Source: Nemertoderma westbladi
Taxonomy: Eukaryota > Animalia > Xenacoelomorpha
Direction of reading: 5' to 3'
Assembly (NCBI GenBank): GCA_032718475.1
Contig: JAUCBJ010007449.1
Coordinates: 1-64,000, forward strand
Length of the DNA stretch: 64,000 nucleotides
Of this stretch, positions 37,940 through 51,775 are shown in pieces. The translations under genes and the position numbers were made by a program. A model generated the notes under the pieces. The model was not told where the DNA came from and did not search any database. It saw only the letters and a program-made list of their open reading frames with translations. Numbering within the stretch: the stretch's first letter is position 1; each line of letters starts with the position of its first letter.

Positions 37940-38736
37940 ATGGGGAAGAGGATTATACCAATAATCATACTTTTGAGCTTCTTGTTGGTCCTACCGGATT
38001 TATTCTTGCGAAGAATAGAGCTGAAATGGAGTGAGAATAATAACACAACGATGTTCTTATGTTCAACCCATTTAGAAATATTTTCTTTGACAACTAATCA
38101 GAGAATCACAACAGCTCTAATCTTAACAAATTATATAATTATTATTTTCCTACCATATGTACTTATAGCCATAATGACTCCAATATGTATAGTTTCATTG
38201 AGAATTCGAACAGGAAGATGGGTAAGAAATCAACCAACAAATTGGAGCCGTCTATTGTGCAGATGTTCTGATGCGAAAACCCGTAACACACCACTCATAT
38301 CGTACAGAGAAGTTCTAATGCTGTATCACACTGTCGTCTTAATACTGTCATTATAGTAACAGCTATGTTATTCTTGATCACATGGGCCCCGACACTTTTA
38401 AGTATGACTACAAAGACAATAGGATATATTCTTGACAGACAAAAGGAATGGTGGGTGTTGTTTCCTAACCCTTTATACAAACCATTTAAGAAATCGCTGA
38501 TCATCTTAGATTCACTACTGAATATAACTGTTTGTATAATCTTCTACAACCAGCTTTGCATAAGCTTTTTACAACTGTTGTCATTAAAATGTTTTTTTAA
38601 ATCAACTGCGAGGCAAGACGTAGCAATGTTAGAAGAATTTGAAACAGAAAATCGAACGCACTCCCATGTAGTTCAGTTGGTGTCGGATTTCCAAAAACCT
38701 GACAGGCACTCCGTCATTTGTGAAACTTATGTCTGA
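37940..38736 (+). pseudogene. Rhodopsin-like 7TM GPCR remnant or terminal exon (TM4-TM7), one frameshift
   Basis: Acceptor ttcttag-like site before 37940. Hydrophobic helices IIPIIILLSFLLVLP, YIIIIFLPYVLIAI, VIIVTAMLFLITWAP (FxxxWxP) and IILDSLLNITV. Frame change near the acacacc at ~38287. Upstream exons not identified. Confidence 0.55.
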
Positions 38737-39769
38737 ATTTCGGGGGGACATTTGTGAAAGGAAACACCATACTTAATTGAGTAACATAATGTCTAATGAT
38801 TGGTGGACCCATCAGGTATTCCATTTATGTTTTGCGTATTTAATTGTATTAAATGTATAAAGTGTAGTAAAATAGAAAAGTAAGTAATATACTATGTATT
38901 TGCGATACACCATGTTGGTCACATCTCCTTTCCCCAAGTCAACACTGCTGCAGCTAAGTGTAGAAGAAATGCCCCTCATCCCCCGAGGTCTATAAAATAC
39001 GGGATACAGGAGTGTTTGGAGCTTATTCACCACGATATTCATTAGATATCTATGTACCTACATACTTTCCTTTCTACATACCATACCTTATGCGATATGT
39101 ATCTAACTAACACATTTATAAGTTATACTTTTGTAACTTATTTATTATTAAATATTTTCATTTTATTTTTTATTTTTCATATTTTTTATTTATTTTTATT
39201 ATTACTTTTATTCTTGAGGCTACTTACACCTCCCTAGTCCAACAAGTTTGTTGGACGAAAACAACTTATGCTGAATCATCCACCAAACAACAGTTGGTTA
39301 TGTGCCTCGTATATGTCTCTTCTTTTCACCAATCTTTCCACCGCTTTGGAAATCTACGGTCCGAATAATATGTCCGTCTTTACCTGCGTGGCAAGCCACT
39401 ATTTGAATATGAAAAATGTCATTCCGAGGAAATGCTCTTCAAAGTTTAAACCATCCCGCCAAAATTGGCTGTCAGTGTTCTGGTTGGTTAATTATTTCTG
39501 GCACGAAGGATGCACACCAACGAGCTAAAATGTTCATGTGCATGTTCATTACGGGGGTTTTCGGGGTCGCTGATTTCATTTCCGATGTCAGTTTTAATTT
39601 TTGGTGGAATATAGTCTCTCTGTCTGTCTGTCGGTCTTCTGTCTTTCTTACAATTTGATGGACAGACCGTCATACTGAAAAACATACTCGAGAAATGAAA
39701 GAGGTCTCACTAAGCAGTATTCAGATTTGTAATCCTCAGAAAATTCTGCTCTAGGTGAAATAAAGAAAC

Positions 39770-40140
39770 AACAATTCAACGGTTCTAACGATTCCCGGTC
39801 GTCATTTAGTGGGCATAATGGCCTACTGTTTATTATTCCTTCGTATTTTGCTTATGCTGTCCTTAGGAAGTCTTCCGTTACTATGTGGTTTGCTAATAAC
39901 ACTTTCATTGCTCGTTTCATGCTTCCAAATAGTCTTTCTATAAATCCTGTGGTGTGTGGCACATATGGCGCCCGCATTGACCACTCTATTTCGTGTTTCC
40001 TTACTGAAGATTCCACTTGTTTGTGGCATGTTGGGGGAACCAAAACAATAAACGAAAGTTAACATGTTACAAGATTATGCTGCTCTTCATATAATTGGGT
40101 CTTTGGTCTTTGTTTTGTACTCATTCGAAGAACGTCGGTA
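39770..40140 (-). pseudogene. BEL/Pao integrase remnant
   Basis: EIEWSMRAPYVPHTTGFIERLFGSMK...FLRTA*..YEGIINSRPLCPL..LEPL resembles the Pao integrase C-terminal core. Confidence 0.65.
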
Positions 40141-40284
40141 TAATATGATTAAAAATTGTGTTTGATGGAAATACTTGTAAATAATGAATGAATTTTGTAT
40201 AATTATATTTTCCATAAAATATTTGGTGCTGGAAGAATCGTTTTTGGTTGAAAGTAATTATTTTAGGGAGATTGAATTTTTTTT

Positions 40285-41770
40285 TTTTGGGGGAATGAAT
40301 AATTGTTTTTGGGAGATGAATAATTGTTTTTGGAGGATGAATAATTGTTTTTGGGGAATGAATAATTGTTTTTGGGGGGATGAATAATTGTTTTTGGGGG
40401 ATGAATAATTGTTTTTGGGGGAATGAATAATTGTTTTTGGGGGGATGAATAATTGTTTTTGGGGGATGAATAATTGTTTTTGGGGGAATGAATAATTGTT
40501 TTTGGGGTATGAATAATTGTTTTGGGGGGAATGAATAATTGTTTTTGGGGTATGAATAATTGTTTTTGGAGGAATGAATAATTGTTTTTGGGGTATGATT
40601 TATGTTTTTGGGGGAATGAATAATTGTTTTTGGGGTATGAATAATTGTTTTTGGGGGAATGAATAATTGTTTGCGGGGGATGAATAATTGTTTTTGGGGG
40701 AATGAATAATTGTTTTTGGGGTATGAATAATTGTTTTTGGAGGATGAATAATTGTTTTTGGGGGAATGAATAATTGTTTTTGGGGGGATGAATAATTGTT
40801 TTTGGGGGATGAATAATTGTTTTTGGGGGAATGAATAATTGTTTTTGGGGGGATGAATAATTGTTTTTGGGGGATGAATAATTGTTTTTGAGGGAATGAA
40901 TAATTGTTTTTGGGGTATGAATAATTGTTTTTGGGGGAATGAATAATTGTTTTTGGGGTATGAATAATTGTTTTTGGGGGAATGAATAATTGTTTTTGGG
41001 GTATGAATAATTGTTTTTGGGGGAATGAATAATTGTTTTTGGGGTATGAATATGAATAATTGTTTTTGGGGGAATGAATAATTGTTTGCGGGGAATGAAT
41101 AATTGTTTTTGGGGGAATGAATAATTGTTTTTGGGGTATGAATAATTGTTTTTGGGGGAATGAATAATTGTTTGCGGGGGATGAATAATTGTTTTTGGGG
41201 GAATGAATAATTGTTTTTGGGGTATGAATAATTGTTTTTGGGGGAATGAATAATTGTTTGCGGGGTATGAATAATTGTTTTTGGGGGAATGAGTAATTGT
41301 TTTTTGGGTATGAATAATTGTTTTTGGGGTATGAATAATTGTTTTTGGGGTATGAATAATTATTTTTGGGGGAATGAATAATTGTTTTTGGGGGATGAAT
41401 AATTTTTTTGGGGATTGGGTAATTGTTTTTTTTTGGGGGGGGGGGGGGGATAATTGATTTATTGGGTTGAATTATTGTTTTTTTGGAGATGAATAATTGT
41501 TTTTGGGGGAATGAATAATTGTTTGTGGGGTATGAATAATTGTTTTTGCGGGAATGAGTAATTGTTTTTGGGGTATGAATAATTGTTTTTGGGGTATGAA
41601 TAATTGTTTTTGGGGTATGAATAATTATTTTTGGGGGAATGAATAATTGTTTTTGGGGGATGAATAATTTTTTTGGGGATTGGGTAATTGTTTTTTTTTT
41701 TGGGGGGGGGGAATAATTGATTTATTGGGTTGAATTATTGTTTTTTTGGAGATGAATAATTGTTTTTGGT
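40285..41770. repeat. 21-22-bp satellite (GAATAATTGTTTTTGGGGGAAT)
   Basis: About 65 tandem units, with a higher-order ~260-bp duplication at the right end. Confidence 0.95.
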
Positions 41771-42331
41771 GAGAGATATTCAAAATTGGGGAATGTAAAT
41801 TGGTGCTACAACAAATATATTTGGTCCTAAACAAATTTTTGCTGTGATATCTTCTAATTTGGGGTGGCATTCAATTAGTGGAGTTTAATTAATATCACTT
41901 GAATTTATTTAATCATCTTCACCTACCGAACCCACTCAGGCAGAGCCACGCCTCTGTCTGTATTAGATAGTGATGTTGATGAACGGCTGAAGCACTACTG
42001 TAGATAAACAGTATCATTTAAGTTGCCCCACACCTTGCATATTTATTCTAGCAGCTTCTAATGGTGGATTCAATTTTGAAAATATTTTGAAATTTTACGT
42101 GTTTCTAGGTGTAAGGAGTTCCATAATTTAATTAGTGCAATTGTTAAGCTATTATACCCGAAGTGATTGTGTGCGGGCGGAATTTGGATTTTGCAATATT
42201 TTGGATTTAAATGGAAATTTTTGTTTGTAAAAAATGGCAGTGAAAATTCCATAAGAGGGAGAGATAGTTGTTAAATATATTTAAATAAGAAGAGTAGACT
42301 GAAGTATTCTCTTTAGGCAGAGAAAAGAGGG

Positions 42332-42613
42332 ATACCTGCCCGTGTCCGCAACTCCGTTCCCGATACCCGCCCGGGTCCGCAACTCCGTTCCCGATACCCG
42401 CCCGGGTCCGCAACTCCGTTCCCGATACCCGCCCGGGTCCGCAACTCCGTTCCCGATACCCGCCCGGGTCTGCAACTCCATTCCCGATACCCGCCCGGGT
42501 CCGCAACTCCGTTCCCGATACCCGCCCGGGTCCACAACTCCGTTCCCGATACCCGCCCGGGTCCGCAAATCTGTTCCCGATACCCACCCGGGTCCCCAAC
42601 TCCGTTCCCGATA
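42332..42613. repeat. 31-bp GC-rich minisatellite (CGCAACTCCGTTCCCGATACCCGCCCGGGTC) x ~9
   Basis: Head-to-tail copies without spacers. Confidence 0.92.
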
Positions 42614-43434
42614 CTTATCTTTCCCTGGTGCCAAATAATTTACGGAGTGCCATATTTTGTATGATTTCAAATTTATATTTATATTTATTTATATTATATA
42701 TTTATATATATCCTTAAAGCCGTGTTTATTGTGAAAAGATGTCAAAAGCAACGAGCAGTAATGGTGGTGTGGTAGAACCGTGGTTTTATATATTAAATTC
42801 TTAGTTTTTTTTTCTAGTTATCCTTTTATTTTACTTTTATTTTACAGAAGCTTGATAGTGCGAGTCCCATTATTTGTATTGTTTTATTTATGTGATCGTT
42901 TCAATTTAATTAAATTTTCATTTCGTGTGACACCTAAATATTTAACGCTATTTTTTTGCTCTAATCCTGTTTTGGAATCTAAGTTTAATTTCATAGATTT
43001 TTTTCAAAAGTGCGGGAGGTGCGTGGCGGAAGAAACATGAACTCAATTTTAGACGGAGAATAAGTAGTAGGTTAAGGGTGTTGTGTAAGGCCACCTGCCA
43101 CCAGTTCACCAGTAGGCCTACAGGTACTGGACTGTCAGGAAGCAGTAATGTATTACCACCACCATACATTTAATATTACAGCATTACCTGATACCGTACT
43201 GATACGATACCTGATACCTGTATACTTGTTACTGGTATAGGTCTACTACATACTGACATAGTCCAAGTCCATGTAGTCTATAGGTCTGCAATAATACTGT
43301 AATAGTACAGCTACAGCTACTGATACCTGGCAAGGGCTAGGGCAACCCGTTAGGCATGGGTGTACTGGTATAAACTATACGCCCACAACCGACATTATTA
43401 ATGTTACAGTAGCAGCATAGGCCTACAGGCGCTA

Positions 43435-46400
43435 CTACTACTAGTATCGGCATGCTGCATTGCAGCTGCATTTTTAAGAATGCTGTGCCGGCTTGTCGAC
43501 AAAATTGCGCCGCCACAACTCCCTATCACCCATGACATTTGCTAGATCATCCGCATCTTCAAAGCCAGTGTCCTTTAACCCTATTAAACCCGGGGGGGGG
43601 GGTCAATATGACCACTCCCGTGGTTTTTTTATTATAATTCTGAAACTAACGCAGTTGGGAATCTGAAATTTTATGACTTTTCCTAAAAATCTATTGTCTT
43701 CCTAGTAGTGAAAACCGTTTTCAAAAATATTGGGTACTTTTCGAGTTATAGCACCATTTTTTAACCCTACTTTTGGCACTTTTTTTGAGACGTTTTTTGA
43801 AAATTACATTTCATTAAATATTAATTGTAACATCTCTATTTTTGATTTACACCGGTTTTTTGGTGTTAGAAATTTGATGGAATTCATATAAATTGATTTA
43901 GAAATTTCAAACTTGTTTTTTTCGGTGGGTGCCAAATTTTGGTGCCAGCACCAAATTTTGAAATAAGTCAATTTTGTAAATTGATCGTTTGAAACTTGTT
44001 TTTTACGCAATTGGGGTTTTTTGGGTTTCTGGATTCGATGAAATATATACGAGTTGCACCAAGCGTATCAAACTTGTATTTTTCGGTGCTGTGTGCAAAT
44101 TTTGGTGCTAGCACGAAATTTTGAAAATCTGTTCAATAGATAAAATTGCTTGTGACAATTTATTTCTTGCGTTTTAGAGGTTTATGGCTGTTCTGAATTC
44201 AATGGAAAATACAATTATCGAACTAGACATCTCAAACTTGTATTTTTCGGATGTGGGTGCAAAATGTGGTGCTAGCACCACATTTTGAAAACCATCAAAT
44301 ATATCAATTGATTGTGTCACCTTGTTTCTTGCGTTATACGGGTTTGTGATGGTTCTGAATTCAATGGAATCAGTAAAAATTTCATAAGAGTTCTCAAACT
44401 TGTATTTTTCGCCGGTGGGTGAAAATTGTTGTGCCAGCACCAAATTTTGGAAAATATGCAAATTAATAAGTAGATAGTATCACCTTGTTTCTTGCGTTAT
44501 ACGGGTTTATGAGGGTCCTGAATCCGATGGAATCAATAAAAACAGCACTGGACATCGCAAACTTGTACTTTTTGGTGATGGGTACGAAATTTGGTGCTAG
44601 CACCAAAATTTGCCAAATTACGCCGAAAAATACAAGTAGCAATGATCTGGCATATTAGAAATGTATTCCATTAGAATCAGCGCCCTCGAAAACCTGAAAA
44701 TGTGAATTTATAGCATCGTATAAGTGAATTAAAAATTTTGTGTTCTAACTGAAAAGTGCTGGTTACTTGTTTTTTTCATTTTTTTTCCTACGCAGAGAGG
44801 ACTAAACAGCCATTTATAGTAATCATATCATTTTTTAATATTTTGCAATGTATTTTGCACCCCAGAAAACCTGTATTGAAAAATAATTAGCCGAAAATGT
44901 AACTTTCAAATTTTGTGAAAATTGTGCACTACTTGTAATTTTGGTGCTGCAATATAACCACCCCAGTACATTTTTTCGAAATTTTTTTTTTTCGGTCGGA
45001 TCCAGACAAGTGATACCTACGCACAAACAAAAAATCAGCCGTTTTCGTAAATATTTGTAGATTTTAGAGGGGGGGGGTCAATATGACCCCCCCCCCCGGT
45101 ATTTGTACAACATTTTATAGCCCGGTACTAATAGGGTTAAGATGCATCTCAAGAAAGTCATTGGCTGTCCACCATGCTTATTCACTCCATGAGGCTGCCA
45201 AAGTACAAGATTATGCACTGGCTGGTCCTCACGGCGAAAGCAATGTCCTGCAAAGCGGAGGCGATTTTGTTCTAGTGTCAAGCTTGGGGGAACCAATGAG
45301 ACACCTCCAATGTTATATAGTGTCTGGTTGGAGATGTGTGCATTGTACTTGACACAATGAACCCAGCGTAGCATTCTTGTGAATGTGCCATCCAGAGATT
45401 TGGTGTCCTCAGCAGTTAGAGCCCAGCATGGACTCTCATAGAGGAGTACTGGAACTACTGCTGCTCTAAATAATCGGACCTAAGTTTCCGATTAATTCTC
45501 GGTGACTTCCAAATCCTGGAAAGCCTATTCAAGGCTTCCCATGCCTTTCTCTTACGTATTCGGAGGTCCTCACCTGACACCTCACCTCACCAGAACTTTC
45601 AATGTTAACTGTCAAAATTTTGGTCTTTCTGTAGTTAATAAAAAGACCAACACTAGAAGCAGCATGTTCTAATGAGCTGAGGAGCCGTTGGGCTCCCTCT
45701 AGTGATTCTGATAGTACTCCTAAGTCATCAGCAAAGTCTAGATCAGTTAGGTACTTGGCAGGATTTCCTCGACTTCTGGAGCCAGTTTGGTGGAGTTATC
45801 CTCACCCCATCATCATTATGATGATCTAAGGACATGCGTAGAACATAGTCAACCACAATTATGAACAAGAATGGTGCAAGCATTCTTCACCAAGAATGGT
45901 GAAGAAGTCTCCCTGGAGGACGCCCCATAACACTTCAAATAGTTCTGTGTCACCATCAACAGTAGACACAAATGTTGTCGAACCATCGTATACTGATCTG
46001 ATTGCTGCAATAATTTTATCAGGAATCCCATATAATGAAAGTATGCTGAACATACGTGAGCGGGAGACTGAATCAAAGGCCTTGAAGAAGTCAACAAAGA
46101 TAACAGCCAGATGCCTGTCTTTCTTTTTTGATAACTCTTCAATTATCCTTCTAAGTGCCAAAATGGGTTCCATGGTCCCACGACCTTTACGGAACCTATT
46201 CTAATTTCCACGGAGCAGTCTCTCAATGGGATCCCTGATGCGATTTAATAGAATTCTATTGTATAGCTTTGCAGCAATCGAGATCAATGAGATTCCCCGA
46301 AAAGAACCATAGAGTGTTAGGTTACCCTTCTTGGGAACTGGCACCAACTTATTTGTTTTCATTTCTAGTGGGACTCTTGTTGTTCGGTATATGTCAACTA

Positions 46401-47159
46401 TGATGGGATAGATGAGCTTTAAACACTCACGTATTTTAAAGACCTCAGGGGGAACACCATCTACTCCACTGGCACGATTGGTCTTAATGCTCTTTGCAGC
46501 AGCCTTCACTTCTGCAAAGGAGATATCGCCAATGGGAATATCTGGGAGTACAGACTGGAAATAAATAAAAAAATAAAGACTGGGATTACTGCCTGTTCAG
46601 GGACCTAGATGCAGCCTTAACTGCATTCTTGGCCGCTGTAGTCTGTTTGAGTCGGGACTCTTTCTGCGCCTTATATAGGTCATTTCGGCACTTCTGGATT
46701 TTGTTGTCAGTCCAGGGGGCCCTTTTCCTGTTTCGAGGGTATACTTGAACTGTTTCTGCAGCTGCTAACTTAACTGCTTCTGTGAAGGCAATATAGCCCT
46801 CACAGTGATCTGCCGTCTCAGAGGCAAGAACAAAATACATGTTGCTCAGCTGTAGTGTGAAGCTGGATCTCACACTAGGCTGTTGCAACAGAGAGGACCA
46901 GTCATGCCGCGGCAAGGCAGATTTCGTTGTTCTGCTAGCACGCAGACTAAGTCTTACCTTGGCCACAATAAGGCGGTGATCACTGGAGAAGGGTCGAAGT
47001 GTAAATGCATTACAGTCTTGTATAGAGCTCCTGTACTTCCTACGAAACATAATATGGTCTATCTGGGACTTGTGACTACAGGGTCCACTATGAGTCCATA
47101 GCTTTCCAGTTCGCTTCTTGAACTGGGTTCCAGCCGAAAACAATCCATTTCCAGAGATA
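43435..47159 (-). mobile_element. 5'-truncated RTE-clade LINE (APE-RT pseudogene) with 38-bp TSD, interrupted by a piggyBac-like element
   Basis: APE SQIDHI, SSDHRL. RT FRGISL, FVDFFKAFDSV, GVLQGD, LDFADD. (TAG)n tail. Direct repeat at 43397-43434 / 47160-47197. Confidence 0.9.
43579..45136. mobile_element. Non-autonomous piggyBac-like element, copy 2 (nested in RTE)
   Basis: TTAA TSD (43575-43578, 45137-45140) and CCCTATTA/TAATAGGG termini. Removing it restores RTE ...TFLRCIL-KDTGFEDADD. Confidence 0.92.
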
Positions 47160-48076
47160 ATTAATGTTACAATAGCAGCATAGGCCTACAGGCGCTAGTC
47201 TAATTATTAATAATAATTATACTATAAATTATAGAATTCAGGGAAAGAAACAGGTTACAGGCAGACCTGCAGACATGTGTACTGGAAGCTGGGAGCTTAT
47301 TCTAATCAAAACAATAAACGAGAATCATGAGCACCCACAAGTTAGGCCTACAGTTTCATATTTGTCGTTGTTGGCTGTGGTTGGGTGTTTGCATATCGTT
47401 TGCACTTGTTATAATGTCAGTAGGTGTTAAGAAATTAGACATAGTAGTGCAGTACCGGTAGTGGTCAGGTGGTTATACGGTTATACAGGTATAGGCCTAT
47501 CATGACAATTTCAATTTGGTAGTCTATACACTGCAAGCCCGACACAGGTACTAAACAATAAAAGATTCGTTGCACCCTCTGTAAAAGCTTTTGCGGACAT
47601 AACAAGTCATTTTCACGCAATGCGCAGAATACTCTAAAGTAGCCCTAAAATTTTTCAACTACGCGTCGGAAAGAAATTAGAACCAAGATGACGAAATCTG
47701 CTCTATCTTATTATATTTCCTTCTCACATACACTGCGACTGGACTGTTTCTTCACTACAGTGTATTGTAAAATGGTTAATTAAATTATTATATTTCCTTG
47801 TGATCCTGATCAACAATTATTAAAGGTTTATAACAGTTCATATTTTATCTTTTTTCACATATATAATACTTAGTTACATATACAGTACATTTACCCTTGG
47901 TCCGTTGGCAGCCTCGACTAGCCTGGCTATTGCTGCAACCCTTACCAACCCACCGCCTCGCACACTGCATACACATTTTCTTTTTATTCCATTACAACTA
48001 AATTGTGCTTTGGTGATGGTTCTAATTATAACATTTTCCTATAAATAACAATAAACTTAAACTAGAATTAAATGAA

Positions 48077-51000
48077 GTGGTAGAGCGATATAATAATAAA
48101 ATACGCGATGAACACGCCGTACGATTCTTCACTCAAGAAGCCGTAGAACCTAATTCCTACGACAAAGCATTATCGGTCGAGGAAGAGAGAGCCAAAGCAG
48201 ATTCAGTTACCACACGTTATCTGAAAGATGAAGGTCGTTACGAGATTGGTTTGCCGTTCCGACGGAGAGAACCCAGCTTCGTGAATAACTGACCATTAGC
48301 GGAAAAGAGAATCGTGCAACTTCATCGGCGTTTGATGGCTAACGTTCGAGCCAAAGAAATATATAAAACTCAATTGAAGAAGTTTATAGACAAGGGATAC
48401 GCGGAGCGGGTTCCGGAAGAAACACCCATAACGGAGAGAACGTATTATATGACACATCATTACGTTCCCAAGCCTGGTAAACCAAACGATGTCCGGGTAG
48501 TGTTTGACGGCTCCGCCCTTTATATGGGACAATCCCTAAATTCCTGCAAAACTGTTGCCGGGACCCAACTTACTCCAATCTTTGTTGGGGATATTACTAC
48601 GACTGCGGCAATATTCGATCGCCTTGGCTTCGGACATCGAAGGTATGTTTCTACAAGTCAAAGCGTTAGCTAGGGATCAAGACAGCCTAAGATTTTCGTG
48701 GTGGCCTGAAGGAGACTCAACCGAAAACCGGTGGAGTACTGGATAACAATCCAGGCTTTTGGGATCATTTCGAGCCCCTCGAATGCTTGTTCGGTAGTGC
48801 GTACCACTGCCGATGACAACAGAGACGCCTTCTCTAAAGCGGTTATTGACAACATCAAACGGGATATTTACATGGACGACAATTTAAAGTCCCTCCTATC
48901 GGTGGAAGAAGCCATTGATGTTGCCAAGGGAATGGTAGAGTGCTTACAACGCGGTGGATTTCATCTTACCAAATTCACTAGTAACTCCCGTGAGTTCCTG
49001 GAATCGATCCCATTAGAAGACAGAGGTGTTAAAGATCTAGACCTCATTAAGGACGATCTTCCAGAAACCAAGACTCTTGGATTAAAATGGGACACGAAGA
49101 GAGATATTCTATTCTTTCAGTTGAAACAACGAGATAATCCAGTTAGAACTAAACGGATTTGTCTAAGTATCCTGAGCACTTATTTCGATCCGTTGGGATT
49201 CATTAGCCCAGTCATACTAGTTGCTCGGAGCTTAGTACAACAAATGTGGCTCGAAAACCACTCGTGGGATGATCCACTCAAGGGAGAACTGCTAAAGAAG
49301 TGGATGAAATGGTGAGATTCTTTACCATCCATTGAGAACTTTAAGATTTCTCACTCATATTTCGGTCACGTTCTCCCCACGTATTCCTATCAACTCCATG
49401 TGTTTGGAGACGCCAGCGATATGGGAATAGGTATAGTAGCCTACCTGAGGGTTGAAACTCCCGATGGAATTAAGGTTTCATTAGTCGCCTCTAAAGCCCT
49501 AATAAACAACAAACTGCGAGTTCCAAGAGTGGAGTTAAAGGCAGCTTTATACGCTACTGCCATTGGCTGGAAAGTAACGGAACAGATCGACTATCCACTG
49601 GAGAAAACTGTCTATTGGACTGATGCTTTACTCGTTCTGGAGTATATAACTAATGAAGTCTGTCAGTTCAGCGTCTTCGTTACCAACAGAGTAGCCATCA
49701 TACTCAGTCGCTCTAATATAGATCAATGGAGATTGGGACGATTAATCCAGCTGACATTGCTTCCAGAGGAGCGACTCCTCAAGAATTGATAGATACTCCA
49801 GACTGGTTAGGTGGACCCGACTTCCTGAGTAAAGAAGAGGAGGAATGGCCCCCTCATCTCACCACGGTGGAGATTAGACAAGCCAAAGGAGCGGAGAAAG
49901 TCAAACCTAAAACCAGGACGAGTAAATCAAAGTTATTTAAACCAGTGATAGATCTGTCTGTGCTACACACCTCCGGTGACGACGCTGTGGACCTAAACTC
50001 ACCCACGGATGTTACCCGAAATACAACTAAATCCGTTATAGAAATAAGGGAAAGAGACTGGAAATCTGGGACACCAGACGTCTCACAAGGACTCTCTGAT
50101 CTCCTACAAAGAGCAATAGATCATTACAGCTCCTGGATTCGGCTTTGCAAGGCCGTTGGTTATTTGAAAAGATGTTTCCATCATCACTATTCCAGGACAA
50201 AGATCGCTAATGATACCGCTCCAGTAGTATCTGAAAAGATGCTACTAAAGACCTTCCCACTTATAGAGTGTATGATAGGTTTCTGACTGAGAAGATCAGT
50301 TACCAAGAACATGATGATACCAATAAGCAGATACTGAGACTCCTGCAATGTTACGAGGATTCCGATAAGTATTTCCTGTTGTTGAGAAATCCACAGATGC
50401 GCTTAAGGGATCGTTTCTCTAGCACAATGATAGATGGGTTAATACATGTCGGAGGGAGATTAACTAATGCTCCATTTTCCTTTGACACTAAGTTTCCCAT
50501 ACTCATTAGAAATCTTGAAATACAGATCAAGATGATTGTAGAAGTTCACAGTAAGCTTTACCATGCTGGTAGAGAACGAGTTCTTAGCGAAATTCTAACT
50601 CGCTATTATTTCCATAAGCCCCGTAGAGCTCTAAACCAAGTTCTTAGGAACTGTATACCCTGTAGGAAAGCATTTAGTAGGCCTTTAACACAGCGAGAGG
50701 CAGAATTACCTAGGGAACGAGTAAGCTTTTATGAACCACCCTTTACTAATACTGGTGTGGATTTATTTGGCCCTATTGAAGTATATCGTGCTAGGACTAT
50801 AATCAAGCGATGGTGCGTCATCTTTGTCTGTATGACTTGTAGAACGATCCATCTAGATATGGTGAACGATCTATCTACCAACAGCTTCATACTGAGTTTA
50901 TGCCGATAGATCGCTCATTTTGGGACTAGCAACACTATGAGATCTGACAAAGGAACAAATTTCATTGGCGCCAATAACGAGATCAAAGCTTACGTAAAGG

Positions 51001-51757
51001 ATTGGAATCAAAGACAGGTGGACGATCAGCTAAGAGTAACAGCATCTAGCTGGACCTTCAACGCCGCCGACGCCCCTTGGTGGGGAGGAAGTTGGGAGAG
51101 ACTCATACGAAGCGTGAAGACCGCATTTCACTTTATAGTGCCGTGCCGCGCGTATCTCACCGACAAACTTTTGTTGACGTTAATGGAAGAAATCGCCGCC
51201 TATCTCAACGAGGACCGCTCATGCCAGTCTCATCTAGTCCCGACTCCCTAAAAGCGCTAACACCCGCGCATTTCCTACTAAAGAAACCGGTAGCCATGCT
51301 CCCGCAATCGGAAATAACAGACGGAGACGAATACTGCCGACAAACTTGGCAACTTATGCAGTTATTATCCCGTCGTTTCGCTGACCATTTCGAAAAACAT
51401 TATCTTCCTACGCTACAACTTCGAACAAAGTGGTTTGCGCAGCAAGAAAACGTCAGCACCAGAGACATGGTCATTATCGTGGAATCAGATCTTCCCCGTA
51501 AGAGGTGGCAGACAGGTTGTATCATTGAGACTCATATATCCGATGATGGTTTAGTGCGATCGGTAGAACTTGTCGTCATGCGACGTAACTTTAAGAAACC
51601 TGGAATTGTGTTCGAAACGAAACAACTTAATCGCCCGGTTGGTCGTTTATGTTTACTGGAAAGAGACCGAGAGTTGTCCGGTAACTATGGAAGGCATGAG
51701 ACTTTTCCCACGACCACCTCCCTAATCCAACAAACATCTAGGGACTCCCCAATGTAA
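48077..51757 (+). pseudogene. BEL/Pao pol: RT, RNase H, integrase, DUF5641-like tail; multiple stops and frameshifts
   Basis: GRYEIGLPF, RVVFDGSA, PGPNL, ASDIEGMFLQV, IYMDD, LGLKWD, FDPLGFISP, FGDAS, PRVELKAA, YWTDA, NPADIASRG, H-H-C-C, GVDLFGP, SDKGTNFIGA, WGGSWERL, LTPAHFL. Confidence 0.93.
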
Positions 51758-51775
51758 CAGCGTTCAGAGTGGGTG

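Noticed and set aside
42332-42613. 31-bp repeat resembling a CRISPR array
   Set aside because: Units are contiguous with no unique spacers, there are no cas genes, and the context is eukaryotic.
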